From Victivallaceae bacterium (lineage in GTDB: Bacteria > Verrucomicrobiota > Lentisphaeria > Victivallales > Victivallaceae): 64,000 nt of DNA. The notes beneath the pieces were generated by a model that made no database searches, was not told the DNA's origin, and was given only the letters and a program-made list of their open reading frames with translations. The translations under genes and the position numbers were made by a program. The DNA is taken from positions 70,362-134,361 of the forward strand of contig JAVBRM010000023.1 of assembly GCA_031548025.1 (NCBI GenBank), written 5' to 3'. This document shows positions 16,686-26,316 of the stretch, one piece after another; the first letter of the stretch is position 1; the number at the start of each line of letters is the position of its first letter.

Positions 16686-17291
16686 ATGAGTACTATTTCT
16701 CTTAATGACTTTGACGGCACCCTGAATTCGATTCTGCGGGTGCTCAAGCAGCCTGGAGCGGTTTTGCTGCTTCCGACCGAAACCGTTTATGGACTGGTGT
16801 GCAACTGGAATGATCCGGAAGCCAGGGAAAAAATCTACCGTTTGAAATCACGCGATTCCCGTAAACCGCTCGGTATATTCGCCGCCGATGCCGCCATGTT
16901 GCAAAGCGCCGGAGCCGTAATCAATGCGCAAGCGCAAATCCTGATGGAGCATCTCATGCCCGGACCGTTGACCTTGATCGTGCCCTGCGAGAACAATACC
17001 ACCATCGGGTTTCGGATTCCGGATCATCCGCTGCTGGCGGCGATTTTACGGCAACACCGGTTGCCCCTGGCCCAGACCAGCGCCAATCTTTCGGGACAGC
17101 CCAACGCGCTCTCGATCGCCGAAGCCTTGGCAAGTCTTACTGAGTCTCCCGATCTGGTCATCGACGGCGGTCCGATCCCTCCGGACAGCCAGGCCTCTAC
17201 CGTCGTCGACGTCACCGGTTCGCATTACCGTATCCTGCGGCAAGGAGCAATTCCGGAAGCCGCGATAGCTCAATACCTGAAAGAATCATGA
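16686..17291 (+). CDS. tsaC: L-threonylcarbamoyladenylate synthase (YrdC/TsaC type)
   Basis: YrdC-domain motifs LLLPTETVYGLVCNW, RLKSRDSRKPLGIF, QTSANLSGQPNA and ASTVVDV. At about 200 aa it is TsaC-sized with no Sua5 extension. Confidence 0.85.
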   Translation: MSTISLNDFDGTLNSILRVLKQPGAVLLLPTETVYGLVCNWNDPEAREKIYRLKSRDSRKPLGIFAADAAMLQSAGAVINAQAQILMEHLMPGPLTLIVPCENNTTIGFRIPDHPLLAAILRQHRLPLAQTSANLSGQPNALSIAEALASLTESPDLVIDGGPIPPDSQASTVVDVTGSHYRILRQGAIPEAAIAQYLKES

Positions 17292-19219
17292 AAAAATTTA
17301 TCATTCTGTTATTTATTTTCTGTTTGTCCCAGTTGCAAGCTCTCTACTTTGAGCCGGATACTCCGATTTTTGAAAAACCGGATATAAAATCCAATGTCAT
17401 AGCCTGGATTATCGACCCTGTCGAGCTGGAAACCGTTGGTGAACCAGTCGTATTTTTCGACATTCAGCATCCGCTTGCCCGTTATGTGAAATTTCATCAA
17501 ATCAATCTAAAAAACGGTCCAACGGCCTACATCAGCGATTTCTACCGCGGCGGAATCAACACAGACAACAAAACGCAATTGATCCTCGGAAGTTACCAGC
17601 CGACCTGGCGGTATGTTCTGTTTTCAGCGGTGCTGGGGGCATTGGCCGTCGTCGTTTATACGTATGTCAGAGGGCGGCGGGACAAAACCATCATGCCCGA
17701 CTCCTTCGCGGAAGGCTGCTGTTTTGTTGCCGCAATCATATTCCTCCGCCAGTTATTATTGTTAATGCTGTTGATCAATGGCGACAATGTCTGTTGCGCG
17801 CCCGCGGATGAACCCGGATATTTTAAAGTCGCGGCCGATTTATTGCGCGGTAAAATGGATGGTCCATGGAGTTATCCCATCGGCTTCGGCGTCCTGTTTT
17901 ACATTCCGGCCATACTTTTGACCGGAGCGGAAAAAGTAACTGATTTTCTGGTCGGTTTCTCTTATTTCTCGGGGCTGGTATTATCCCCGGCTACCCTCGG
18001 CATGAGTTATATTGTCTTGCGCAAAGTCGGAATCAAAAGTATCAACTCTCTTTTCGCGGTTTTGCTGCTTACGTTGTTGCCTTTCTTCTTTAACTACATC
18101 CCGAACTGGAGCAACCAGACCTTCACCAGTTTGATCATTCCCCTGCCGATGAGCTACGGGCTGTGCTATTATAACTCATTGCTGAATGCCGGTTTCAGCG
18201 CGATGAGCGATATCTCATCCAACCTCATGCTGGTGCTGACGATGATGGTTCCCCTGCTGCTCAAACCGCGATTGCGCAATATTGCCATTACGGCGGCATT
18301 GTTCTCTCTATGCTGTATGATCCGCCTGAATAATATTCTTTTCGCCCCGGCTCTCGGCTATCTCCTGTTTTACCACTACCGGAGTTTGCTGGTCAATCGC
18401 AATTTCATGATCAAAGCGATACTGACCGGCGCGATTACCTTCCTGATCGTATATTCTCCCCAATTTTATTTCAATCACCGGCAATTCGGCTCGGTCATGA
18501 CCTTCGGCTATATCCTTCACGCTTCTTCGAGCGGCAATCCGGCCGCGGGATTTACCTTTGCCACCTTCCTGAAATTTTTCAACCTGAAATTTCTTGCCGA
18601 CAGCAATTTCCTGCCTTGGACTCTGGGTATCTGCGGGTTGCTGCTTTTGCGAAATCGTTTTCTGCGCAACTTCTTTGCCTTGTGGGCGCTGCCGAACATC
18701 ATCTTTTTCTTCGGCTACAGCCATACTTTCTGCGACGCCTTCCGCTTCATTCTGAGTTCCTATTTCCCCTTGCTGGCAGCTTTTGCCGCTTGTGAAATCT
18801 GGACGGACGGCAAATCCAAAGAGCGGGCAATGGCCGGCGGGGTTATAGCGGCGACAGCGCTCGGTTCGGTTCCCTTTATGATCCATCGCCCTTCCATCAA
18901 TGCCATGTTCCTCAAAACCGAGTTGCTGCAGAAAGCGGCAGTCGTCCTGTTACCCGTGGCGGCCGTTATTTTGTGCTGCCTATTCTGGCGGCGTCAACAA
19001 AAAACGACAGCAATATTCCTGGGAGTTTTCACTGTCCTGTGGAGTGTCGGTACCGCTTATATCCTGTCGACGCTGCTGGCATTGATCCTGCTGCGCGCCG
19101 TTTACGATGCCGCAAGTGAGATTATTGCAACGACATCTGGGGGAAAGTATTGCCCACGTTACCGGTTGTCGGCACCTGAATCGGCTCCGAATGATCCGGC
19201 AAGCCCCAGCGGCGCGTAA
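17288..19219 (+). CDS. polytopic membrane protein, GT-C-fold glycosyltransferase-like (GT39/GT83 ArnT/PMT-like)
   Basis: ATGA overlap with tsaC. There is an N-terminal signal/anchor plus at least 10 hydrophobic segments. The first-loop motif ADEPGYFKVAADLL resembles the DE..Y motif of ArnT/PMT-type enzymes. The family call is tentative. Confidence 0.55.
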   Translation: MKKFIILLFIFCLSQLQALYFEPDTPIFEKPDIKSNVIAWIIDPVELETVGEPVVFFDIQHPLARYVKFHQINLKNGPTAYISDFYRGGINTDNKTQLILGSYQPTWRYVLFSAVLGALAVVVYTYVRGRRDKTIMPDSFAEGCCFVAAIIFLRQLLLLMLLINGDNVCCAPADEPGYFKVAADLLRGKMDGPWSYPIGFGVLFYIPAILLTGAEKVTDFLVGFSYFSGLVLSPATLGMSYIVLRKVGIKSINSLFAVLLLTLLPFFFNYIPNWSNQTFTSLIIPLPMSYGLCYYNSLLNAGFSAMSDISSNLMLVLTMMVPLLLKPRLRNIAITAALFSLCCMIRLNNILFAPALGYLLFYHYRSLLVNRNFMIKAILTGAITFLIVYSPQFYFNHRQFGSVMTFGYILHASSSGNPAAGFTFATFLKFFNLKFLADSNFLPWTLGICGLLLLRNRFLRNFFALWALPNIIFFFGYSHTFCDAFRFILSSYFPLLAAFAACEIWTDGKSKERAMAGGVIAATALGSVPFMIHRPSINAMFLKTELLQKAAVVLLPVAAVILCCLFWRRQQKTTAIFLGVFTVLWSVGTAYILSTLLALILLRAVYDAASEIIATTSGGKYCPRYRLSAPESAPNDPASPSGA

Positions 19220-20339
19220 ACGGCCAGAACACAAATCCGGCCCGGCCGACCATATTGCGGCGCGGCACGATTCCCCAGATCCGGCTGTCGGAGCTGAATA
19301 ATGAATTATCACCCAGCATGAAATAGGAATCTTCCGGCACCACGAACTCGTCGGAAGGCGTTCCCAGGAACCGTCCCCGACCGGAACCGACGGCATTCAA
19401 GTGCCCCTGATATCCGCCCTTCATACTGTAAACTTTTTTGAAAGCCGCAGCCAATTCCTGTACCGGCTTGAACTCATTGGCTCCGGCCGGTTTAACCATC
19501 AACTGGTTGCCGTCGATCCGCAAGGTATCGCCGGGCAGTCCGGCCAAACGCTTGATGTAATAGAATCCGGCCAGCGGCATTCCGCTGTCGGTAATTCCTT
19601 CGGTATTGAAAACCACGATTTCACCGCGCCTGAAGTCGGCAAAATGATGAGAAAACCGGTCCACAAACAAATGGTCGCCGAGCGACAACCAGCCGTTGCT
19701 GAGTGTTTCACCCTTCCGGTAAGTATGCTCCTGGCTCAACTGAGTATAATCGGCGATTTTTTCCAAAGTTCCCGGCAAAGTATAGCGGGTATTGCCGATG
19801 ACAAACGACGCGCTGCCGAACAACGCTTTGGTCACGAACCCGGCATCGCCGCTCCGGCTGATGGAGTCGAGATTCAGCTTGCCGTCTTCCTGGATCACCG
19901 CCTTGGCGGGAACCGCCGAATAGATGATCAAACTCAGCGGATACGGGGTCTTTATCACCTCGTCCTCGATGTAATGAATACCGAACAAAGTCGGCTGCAT
20001 ACTGCTGGTCGGAATTTTAAAAGGTTGCGCGAAAAGACCGCGGATACCGAATGCCACCATGCATGCCACTGCCAGAATATCCAATATTTCACGCATCCGG
20101 CAACTGCGGTACTTCGGCGCATGGAGCTGGATCTTGCGGCTGGCCTCCACCCGGTACTCGGCGGCGGCGGAATACTGCTCCTTTTCCTGCAAAACCATCC
20201 CTTTGTCGAGAACGCCCTGCAAGGCTTTCTTCTGGTCCTCGCTCAGGACATCGTCGTCGGCATGCAGCACATGACGGGTCTGGCTGACGGTATCCCGCAA
20301 TAATTTGCGCTGTTTACGCTTTTTATACCAGCTATACAT
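19122..20339 (-). CDS. lepB: signal peptidase I
   Basis: Catalytic-Ser box FKIPTSSMQPTL, Lys box YIKRLAGLPGDTL and box E FMLGDNSLFSSDSRIWG. ATG 20339 lies 10 nt after the lepA stop; the track start 20384 would overlap lepA by 35 nt. There is a long N-terminal cytoplasmic/TM extension. Confidence 0.9.
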   Translation of the reverse strand: MYSWYKKRKQRKLLRDTVSQTRHVLHADDDVLSEDQKKALQGVLDKGMVLQEKEQYSAAAEYRVEASRKIQLHAPKYRSCRMREILDILAVACMVAFGIRGLFAQPFKIPTSSMQPTLFGIHYIEDEVIKTPYPLSLIIYSAVPAKAVIQEDGKLNLDSISRSGDAGFVTKALFGSASFVIGNTRYTLPGTLEKIADYTQLSQEHTYRKGETLSNGWLSLGDHLFVDRFSHHFADFRRGEIVVFNTEGITDSGMPLAGFYYIKRLAGLPGDTLRIDGNQLMVKPAGANEFKPVQELAAAFKKVYSMKGGYQGHLNAVGSGRGRFLGTPSDEFVVPEDSYFMLGDNSLFSSDSRIWGIVPRRNMVGRAGFVFWPFTRRWGLPDHSEPIQVPTTGNVGNTFPQMSLQ

Positions 20340-20349
20340 AAATTGCCTG

Positions 20350-22158
20350 TTATTTATTGTCGGTAGACTTGAGGACCTCGACAAACGCTTCCTGCGGGAT
20401 ATAGACGTTACCCACTTCTTTCATGCGCTTCTTGCCCTCTTTCTGTTTTTCCAACAGTTTGCGTTTACGGGTAATATCGCCGCCGTAACACTTGGCCAGC
20501 ACGTTTTTCCGCAACTGGCGAACTGTCTCGCGGGAGACGATTTTGCCGCCGACCGCGCCCTGAATGGCGATCTGGAACATCTGCGGCGGAATCAGGTCTT
20601 TCAGCTTGGAGCAAAGAATACTGCCGCGGGCATGGGCATGATCCACATGCACGATCGACGAAAACGCATCCACCGGTTCGCCGTTGACCAGGATATCGAG
20701 CTTGACCAACTTGTCGGCCCGGTACTCACTGGGTTCATAATCGAAACTGCCGTATCCGCGGGTAATGGATTTGAGCTTGTCATGGAAGTCGATCAGAATT
20801 TCATGCATCGGCATTTCGGCCTCGATAATCACGTGGTGACCGTCCACCGCCTCGGTGGAAGTACACAACCCGCGCTTGCTCATGACCAATGCCATGATAT
20901 CGCCGATATAATTGTTGGGCGCCATGACTTTCGCCTTGATCGTCGGTTCTTCGATCCGCTCGATCAAAGTGGGGTCCGGCATATGAACCGGGTTGTCCAC
21001 GTGGATCATATTGCCGTCGCGCAGATAGACATTGTAAATTACGCTCGGATAAGTCGCGATGATATCCATATTGTATTCGCGGCGCAAGCGCTCCTGAATG
21101 ATCTCCATGTGGAGCAATCCCAGGAATCCGCAACGGAAGCCGAATCCGAGCGCCGCCGAAGTTTCCGCCTGATACTGAAAGGCGGCGTCGTTGAGCTGCA
21201 GCTTGGCCATACTGAATTTAAGTTGTTCATAATCCGCCGAATCGATCGGGTAGATCCCGCTGAAAACCATCGGAGTCACAGTCCGGAATCCCGGCAAAGC
21301 ATGCGGACACGGCTCCTTGGAGTCGGTAATGGTATCGCCCATCGGAGTATCGGACGGGCTCTTCAGGTTCGGAATAAAATATCCCACTTCGCCGGCACTG
21401 AGCGAATCCACCGCGGTCATCATCGGCTTGAAAACCCCGACTTCCTTGATTTCGCTCTCAATATTGTTGCTGAAAATCCTCGCACGGGTGCCGCGGCGGA
21501 ATTCGCCGTTGAAAACCCGCACATAAGTAACCACGCCACGGTACGCGTCATAATTCGAATCGAAAATCAGACTGCTGCTACCCACATAACCGTCGTTTTT
21601 CGGCGGCGGGATTTTTTTCACAATCATTTCCAGCAGTTCGGGAATCCCGATTCCTTCCTTGGCGCTGACCAGGACCGCGTCTTCGCGCGGCAGGGCCAGC
21701 ACTTCTTCCATCTGTTCATAACAGAGGTTCACATCGGCGGCCGGCAAGTCGATTTTGTTGATCACCGGAATCACCGTCAGGTTCTGACGGAACGCCAGAC
21801 TGACGTTGGCCACGGTCTGCGCCTGTACCCCCTGGGTGGCGTCGATAATCAGCAACGCCCCTTCGCAGGCCGAAAGCGCCCGGCTGACTTCATAAGTAAA
21901 GTCCACGTGCCCGGGGGTGTCGATCAAATTCAGATTGTATTTCTGGCCGTCGGCGGCGTCATAGCTCATGCACACCGGGTGCGACTTGATGGTTATACCG
22001 CGCTCCCGTTCCAGGTCCATGGCGTCGAGCACCTGTTCCTGGAGATCGCGCTTGGCGATGGTTCCGGTAAACTCAAGCAGACGGTCCGCCAGCGTCGACT
22101 TTCCATGGTCGATATGGGCGATAATCGAAAAATTACGTATCAGTTCAAGTTTGCTCAT
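20350..22158 (-). CDS. lepA: translation elongation factor 4
   Basis: MSKLELIRNFSIIAHIDHGKSTLADRLLEFTG (G1), DTPGHVDF (G3), about 600 aa, conserved C-terminal ...GDITRKRKLLEKQKEGKKRMK, and the canonical lepA-lepB order. Confidence 0.97.
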   Translation of the reverse strand: MSKLELIRNFSIIAHIDHGKSTLADRLLEFTGTIAKRDLQEQVLDAMDLERERGITIKSHPVCMSYDAADGQKYNLNLIDTPGHVDFTYEVSRALSACEGALLIIDATQGVQAQTVANVSLAFRQNLTVIPVINKIDLPAADVNLCYEQMEEVLALPREDAVLVSAKEGIGIPELLEMIVKKIPPPKNDGYVGSSSLIFDSNYDAYRGVVTYVRVFNGEFRRGTRARIFSNNIESEIKEVGVFKPMMTAVDSLSAGEVGYFIPNLKSPSDTPMGDTITDSKEPCPHALPGFRTVTPMVFSGIYPIDSADYEQLKFSMAKLQLNDAAFQYQAETSAALGFGFRCGFLGLLHMEIIQERLRREYNMDIIATYPSVIYNVYLRDGNMIHVDNPVHMPDPTLIERIEEPTIKAKVMAPNNYIGDIMALVMSKRGLCTSTEAVDGHHVIIEAEMPMHEILIDFHDKLKSITRGYGSFDYEPSEYRADKLVKLDILVNGEPVDAFSSIVHVDHAHARGSILCSKLKDLIPPQMFQIAIQGAVGGKIVSRETVRQLRKNVLAKCYGGDITRKRKLLEKQKEGKKRMKEVGNVYIPQEAFVEVLKSTDNK

Positions 22159-22513
22159 ATACTCTACATTATAATAATCAGGATTTTCCGCGAATATATA
22201 ATATAATCCGTCAACAACAAGATATCAAGATAGCTTTGAAATAAAATAGGGGGAGCCCTGAAAAATTTGCAATTTGATGTCGGGATGAGCAATTTTTTTT
22301 CGCCCGTCCTGTTCAAATTCTCTCTGGACCATAATTAAAATGCACGATTTGATGCAAAAACTTAACTTTTTATCTGTTTGCGGAATTCCAGCACTTGACT
22401 AAACAAACTTGTCGATGTATTCTTCATTATGGAGCCCTCCTTTGGTTTCAGAGCATCGCAATATACTATTTCTTGCTGTATCTTTTTAACAAACATGAGG
22501 TTGCGTTCAGGTA

Positions 22514-23404
22514 ATGAGTCAGCAGACAGTAGAATTAAGACGAAATATCACAAAGAACAATTTTTTTTTGAATAATATTCCAGGATTTGTACTGGTACGT
22601 CAAAAAGTTTTTTCCGATCCCCAACTCCATGCTCATGATTTTCATGAGCTGGTAATTGTGTTGGCCGGTTCCGGTTTCCATGTTTCTCAACAGGGTAAAT
22701 TCGCCATCAACCGGGGAGATGTCTTTCTAACCCTTCCCGGGGTTGCCCATAGCTGTCAGGATTGCGTGGGGCTGGAAATCGCCGTGTTCATGTTTTATCC
22801 GGATCTGACGGGTTTCTCGTTCGAGCCGCTCCGGGATACCCCGGCGTTCCAGACTTTTTTTCAGACAACGCCTCATTTAGCCGACTCGTTCCGTTTTCGT
22901 AATAAATTCTTCCTGGATTCCGATTCCCTGACTAGCATCAATCACCTTTTGAAGCAAATCGAATTGGAACAGAGTGCCAAGCGTCCGGATTGGTGTTTTG
23001 CCGCCAACTCTCTTTTCATGCATTTATTGTTGCTTCTGCTGCGTCTGGTTTTCCAGAACCGCCAGGAGGAATACCGGGAACTTCTGTTGATGAATCAGAT
23101 CCTGCAATTCATCAATGCCAACTATATGAATCGTATCAGTTCGGGTACTCTGGCCAAAAAGTTTGCTTTGTCGGAAAGAACGCTGGAAAGGATTTTCAAA
23201 AAGATGCTGAACACCACTCCCTGTTCCTATATCGGAGAGTTGCGGTTATGCAAAAGCCAGGAATTTCTGGAAGACTTCAAATATTCCATAACCGAGGTCG
23301 CCTACAATGCCGGTTTTACCGATAATTGTTATTTTTCCAAATGCTTTTCCGTCCGGTTTGGCGAATCTCCCCGAGCTTATCGAAATCGTTTTCGGAAAAA
23401 TTGA
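22514..23404 (+). CDS. AraC-family transcriptional regulator (cupin-type N-domain)
   Basis: C-terminal double HTH ...ISSGTLAKKFALSERTLERIFKK...ITEVAYNAGFTDNCYFSKCFSVRFGESPRAYRNR. The N-terminal His-rich beta segment (HAHDFHELVIVLAGSGFH) is cupin-like. Confidence 0.88.
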   Translation: MSQQTVELRRNITKNNFFLNNIPGFVLVRQKVFSDPQLHAHDFHELVIVLAGSGFHVSQQGKFAINRGDVFLTLPGVAHSCQDCVGLEIAVFMFYPDLTGFSFEPLRDTPAFQTFFQTTPHLADSFRFRNKFFLDSDSLTSINHLLKQIELEQSAKRPDWCFAANSLFMHLLLLLLRLVFQNRQEEYRELLLMNQILQFINANYMNRISSGTLAKKFALSERTLERIFKKMLNTTPCSYIGELRLCKSQEFLEDFKYSITEVAYNAGFTDNCYFSKCFSVRFGESPRAYRNRFRKN

Positions 23405-23406
23405 GA

Positions 23407-26304
23407 TCAAGACCGGATCAGAATTTCCGGCGCGGCAAAGATTCCGAACCCGGGAAGCTGGAATGATTCAGGCGATAAAACGGATCCCATTGGACGCCAG
23501 GCGGTCAACATACCGTGCTGGACTCCTTCCCAGCGATGTGGACCAAAGAAATTTTGAGCCGTATTCACTATGATAAGTTTTATATGATTTTTTCCTTTCC
23601 TCAGGAGTCCGGACACCGGAAATTCCCACGGACCGCCATAAAGAGCCGGCAGCTCGATTCCGTTGACGACAGCTTTCACCACGCCTTCTGCTTCCGAAAC
23701 CCACAGAAACATCCTATCATGTCCCGGACAAGAAAAAAGCTCAAAATCGGTCTCATAATAAAAGTCCCCCCAATAAAAAGGATAGCCGCTTTCAGCCAGA
23801 TTGCCAAAAGTAAGCGGTTGTTCGCGGAAAAATATTTCCGTTTCTTCGCGATGTGTGGCGACCTGAAAATTTCCAGCCAGATACAGGCACTCCAGGCGTG
23901 GAGCCAGGTTACGGAAATCAATCCGGTTGGTCCCGGCTTTAAGCAAAGCAGCAATCTCATATCCGGTCAACTCCTGCGTAGCGGAATGCTTCATCACAGC
24001 GCACCCATGGAGTGGTTGTCCATTAACCGTGACACGGTCAATGTTTCCCGGCTCGAACAGTAAAATCACGGAATCGATTTTTCCCGGCAGGTTGAAAGTC
24101 GAATAAAAAACGGAATGCAGCGGCAAATTGAAATAACGCATGGAGCTGAACCGCAGCCGGACCCCATTTGAATTTACCGCGTGATCCACCACCAGAATAT
24201 TATCCTGTGCCGGCGTAATTTTCCAGCTTCCGCCAATCGCGATACGTTTTATTACCGGGGCTGTTGAAAATAGAGTTTCGCCGATTTCTTTGACCGGAGC
24301 ATCCACGGTACCGGCGGGAAGCCAGTGACAGGAATGAAACTCACGCAGGACAAATACCTCGGGAACCCGGCCATTCCGCCTCACCAGCGTACCGGTAAGA
24401 GGATCGAAAAGTTCATACCCCGGCTTTTTGACTTTGACGGTTTGCGATTTTCCGCTGAAATTAACCAGAAAATATTCTTGATTTTCATTCATGATACGGG
24501 TATTAAGCAGAATTTCATCCGTACTGCAGCCGTCAGCCGGTTCGAATTCGAGTGACGGAGTAAATAAATCGGCTCGCATGGCTTTGCAATCAGGCACAAT
24601 CACGGAATTTCGCCACCGGCCCCCTTCTCCGATTCTGATAATACGCCCTCCGTTCGCGTCAAAAATATCCAGCAACTCCAGGACTTTGGCGCTCAGCGTC
24701 AGGACATCCGGGAGAATTACAGTTCGATATGAAGCATTGCCCACCTGGAAAACCGCATTATCGACCAGCCCGTGGCGTTCTATGATTTCCTCGCTGCCGA
24801 ATTCATAATCGACATGGAAATTCTGTAGTTTCAGGCATAATTCGGAAATCAGATCGGTATAATATTGAACTGTGCGCTCTCCATGAATGGGGCAGACCGG
24901 TCGATATCGGTTATCACGCACCGTGCCGTTCAGGAGCAGCCATAGTGACCGAATGGGATAAACGATCAAAGTGCCGGCATCAACTCGCCCGCGGGTCAGT
25001 AAACTCAACGAACGGGTGATTGAACGCTGAAGTTCACGGTTGTAACGGTAGTACGGCTGTTGAAAAAAATAGCTTGCCGGATTATCGCGCTTGGTCTCTC
25101 CGGCAGTGGAATAACTGCAGGCGTGCGGCACAATGACATTGATTCCCAGTCCGAGTTGCACCTGGAGTTGCGCTATTTGAGCGGCAACCGGTACCCCCCA
25201 GCCAAGGGAGGTCAGCACTTCGGAGGAGCAGCGGCCATTTTTAAGTTGTGAAGCTACCGACGAAGCCTTTTTGCAAAGCACCAGCATGGGAAAACCCGTC
25301 TGGTCACTGATCCTCCCCCACACGGAGTTTACCGGCGTACTCAGATACCGCATAGTATGGTTGCCCGCCAGGAAATCGTCCACTCCCGGAACATCCAGGA
25401 CTTCATAAAAGGCCATGGGATCGGTATAGTTATTGACCTCCACCAACATGGGGCCTTCGTCGCCGGAAAGATGCCCTGTCAGGAGCAAACCATGGCGATG
25501 ACACCATTCGGCCATCGGTTCGACGAAATTTTCAATAAACATCCGGAGCAATGTTTTGCGGTAATCGATGCGGACTTTCGAGGCATTTTCCAGATCCTCC
25601 ACCAGCTTCGGCAGGTTCTCCAGCAGCGAGTAACCGTGCTCACTTACGAATTCATCCTCCAAACCGGGCGTATAGGAAAAATGCGGACCGGAACGGAGCA
25701 TGTGGTTCAGGTCGTCCGTATAAAACATCGTGATGGGATTTCCGAAGAATTCGCCAAGCGCGGCGGCATACTTTTCGTGCGTCATCCGCAAAAATTCTTC
25801 GCATACTTCCCGGTTCAAATAATCGATCATTCCCATATGGGGATTCAAGGACAGGGAAAAAGCCAGGACTTCGGCATTCGGCGGCAGCTCGGCCGGATTC
25901 ACCGCGCGGGACAAATCCCGGTACGCAAACGCTCTTACCAGAGCCGGATCGGCTGCCGCTTCCGAGGCTGTTTGCCGGGCAAAACTCAAGGCTTTCTGAC
26001 GATAGAACTCCCCTCTGGCGGGGAGACGTCCGCCGGCTTGCCCGCTGGGGAATCCGTCATCGTCATAAATCCAGATTTCCAGCCCCAAACGGCGGGCTTC
26101 GACACAGGCGAAACGAACCAGTGCCAGCCAGCGTTCAGACATATATTCCGTTTTATTTCCCGACCGCGCATGGATCGCCATTCCCCGCAGACCGCCTTCG
26201 TTCGCCAACCTCAACTGACGAACGATTTCATCTTCATTCTGATCTCCGTTCCAGAACCAGAACGGTACTGCGGAAAACGGTTTTTCGTCCAAACCGGAAG
26301 CCAT
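23407..26304 (-). CDS. cytoplasmic 965-aa glycoside-hydrolase-like protein (GH106-like architecture; tentative)
   Basis: No signal peptide. The N-terminal PFWFWNGDQNEDEIVRQLRLANEGGLRGMAIHARSG is typical of a TIM-barrel GH family. The C-terminal galactose-binding-like module is (YYETDFEL...VVKAVVNGIELPALYGGPWEFPVSGLLRKGKNHIKLIIVNT). Confidence 0.7.
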   Translation of the reverse strand: MASGLDEKPFSAVPFWFWNGDQNEDEIVRQLRLANEGGLRGMAIHARSGNKTEYMSERWLALVRFACVEARRLGLEIWIYDDDGFPSGQAGGRLPARGEFYRQKALSFARQTASEAAADPALVRAFAYRDLSRAVNPAELPPNAEVLAFSLSLNPHMGMIDYLNREVCEEFLRMTHEKYAAALGEFFGNPITMFYTDDLNHMLRSGPHFSYTPGLEDEFVSEHGYSLLENLPKLVEDLENASKVRIDYRKTLLRMFIENFVEPMAEWCHRHGLLLTGHLSGDEGPMLVEVNNYTDPMAFYEVLDVPGVDDFLAGNHTMRYLSTPVNSVWGRISDQTGFPMLVLCKKASSVASQLKNGRCSSEVLTSLGWGVPVAAQIAQLQVQLGLGINVIVPHACSYSTAGETKRDNPASYFFQQPYYRYNRELQRSITRSLSLLTRGRVDAGTLIVYPIRSLWLLLNGTVRDNRYRPVCPIHGERTVQYYTDLISELCLKLQNFHVDYEFGSEEIIERHGLVDNAVFQVGNASYRTVILPDVLTLSAKVLELLDIFDANGGRIIRIGEGGRWRNSVIVPDCKAMRADLFTPSLEFEPADGCSTDEILLNTRIMNENQEYFLVNFSGKSQTVKVKKPGYELFDPLTGTLVRRNGRVPEVFVLREFHSCHWLPAGTVDAPVKEIGETLFSTAPVIKRIAIGGSWKITPAQDNILVVDHAVNSNGVRLRFSSMRYFNLPLHSVFYSTFNLPGKIDSVILLFEPGNIDRVTVNGQPLHGCAVMKHSATQELTGYEIAALLKAGTNRIDFRNLAPRLECLYLAGNFQVATHREETEIFFREQPLTFGNLAESGYPFYWGDFYYETDFELFSCPGHDRMFLWVSEAEGVVKAVVNGIELPALYGGPWEFPVSGLLRKGKNHIKLIIVNTAQNFFGPHRWEGVQHGMLTAWRPMGSVLSPESFQLPGFGIFAAPEILIRS

Positions 26305-26316
26305 GTCATAAACCTC

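Noticed and set aside
20305-22206. 633-aa plus-strand ORF, the longest of many long ORFs in the track
   Set aside because: It is exactly antisense to lepA, whose identity is unambiguous (GTPase motifs, length, lepA-lepB synteny). The translation is low-complexity (R/H/G/D-rich) with no motif. It is a stop-free shadow frame caused by the codon bias of the real gene.
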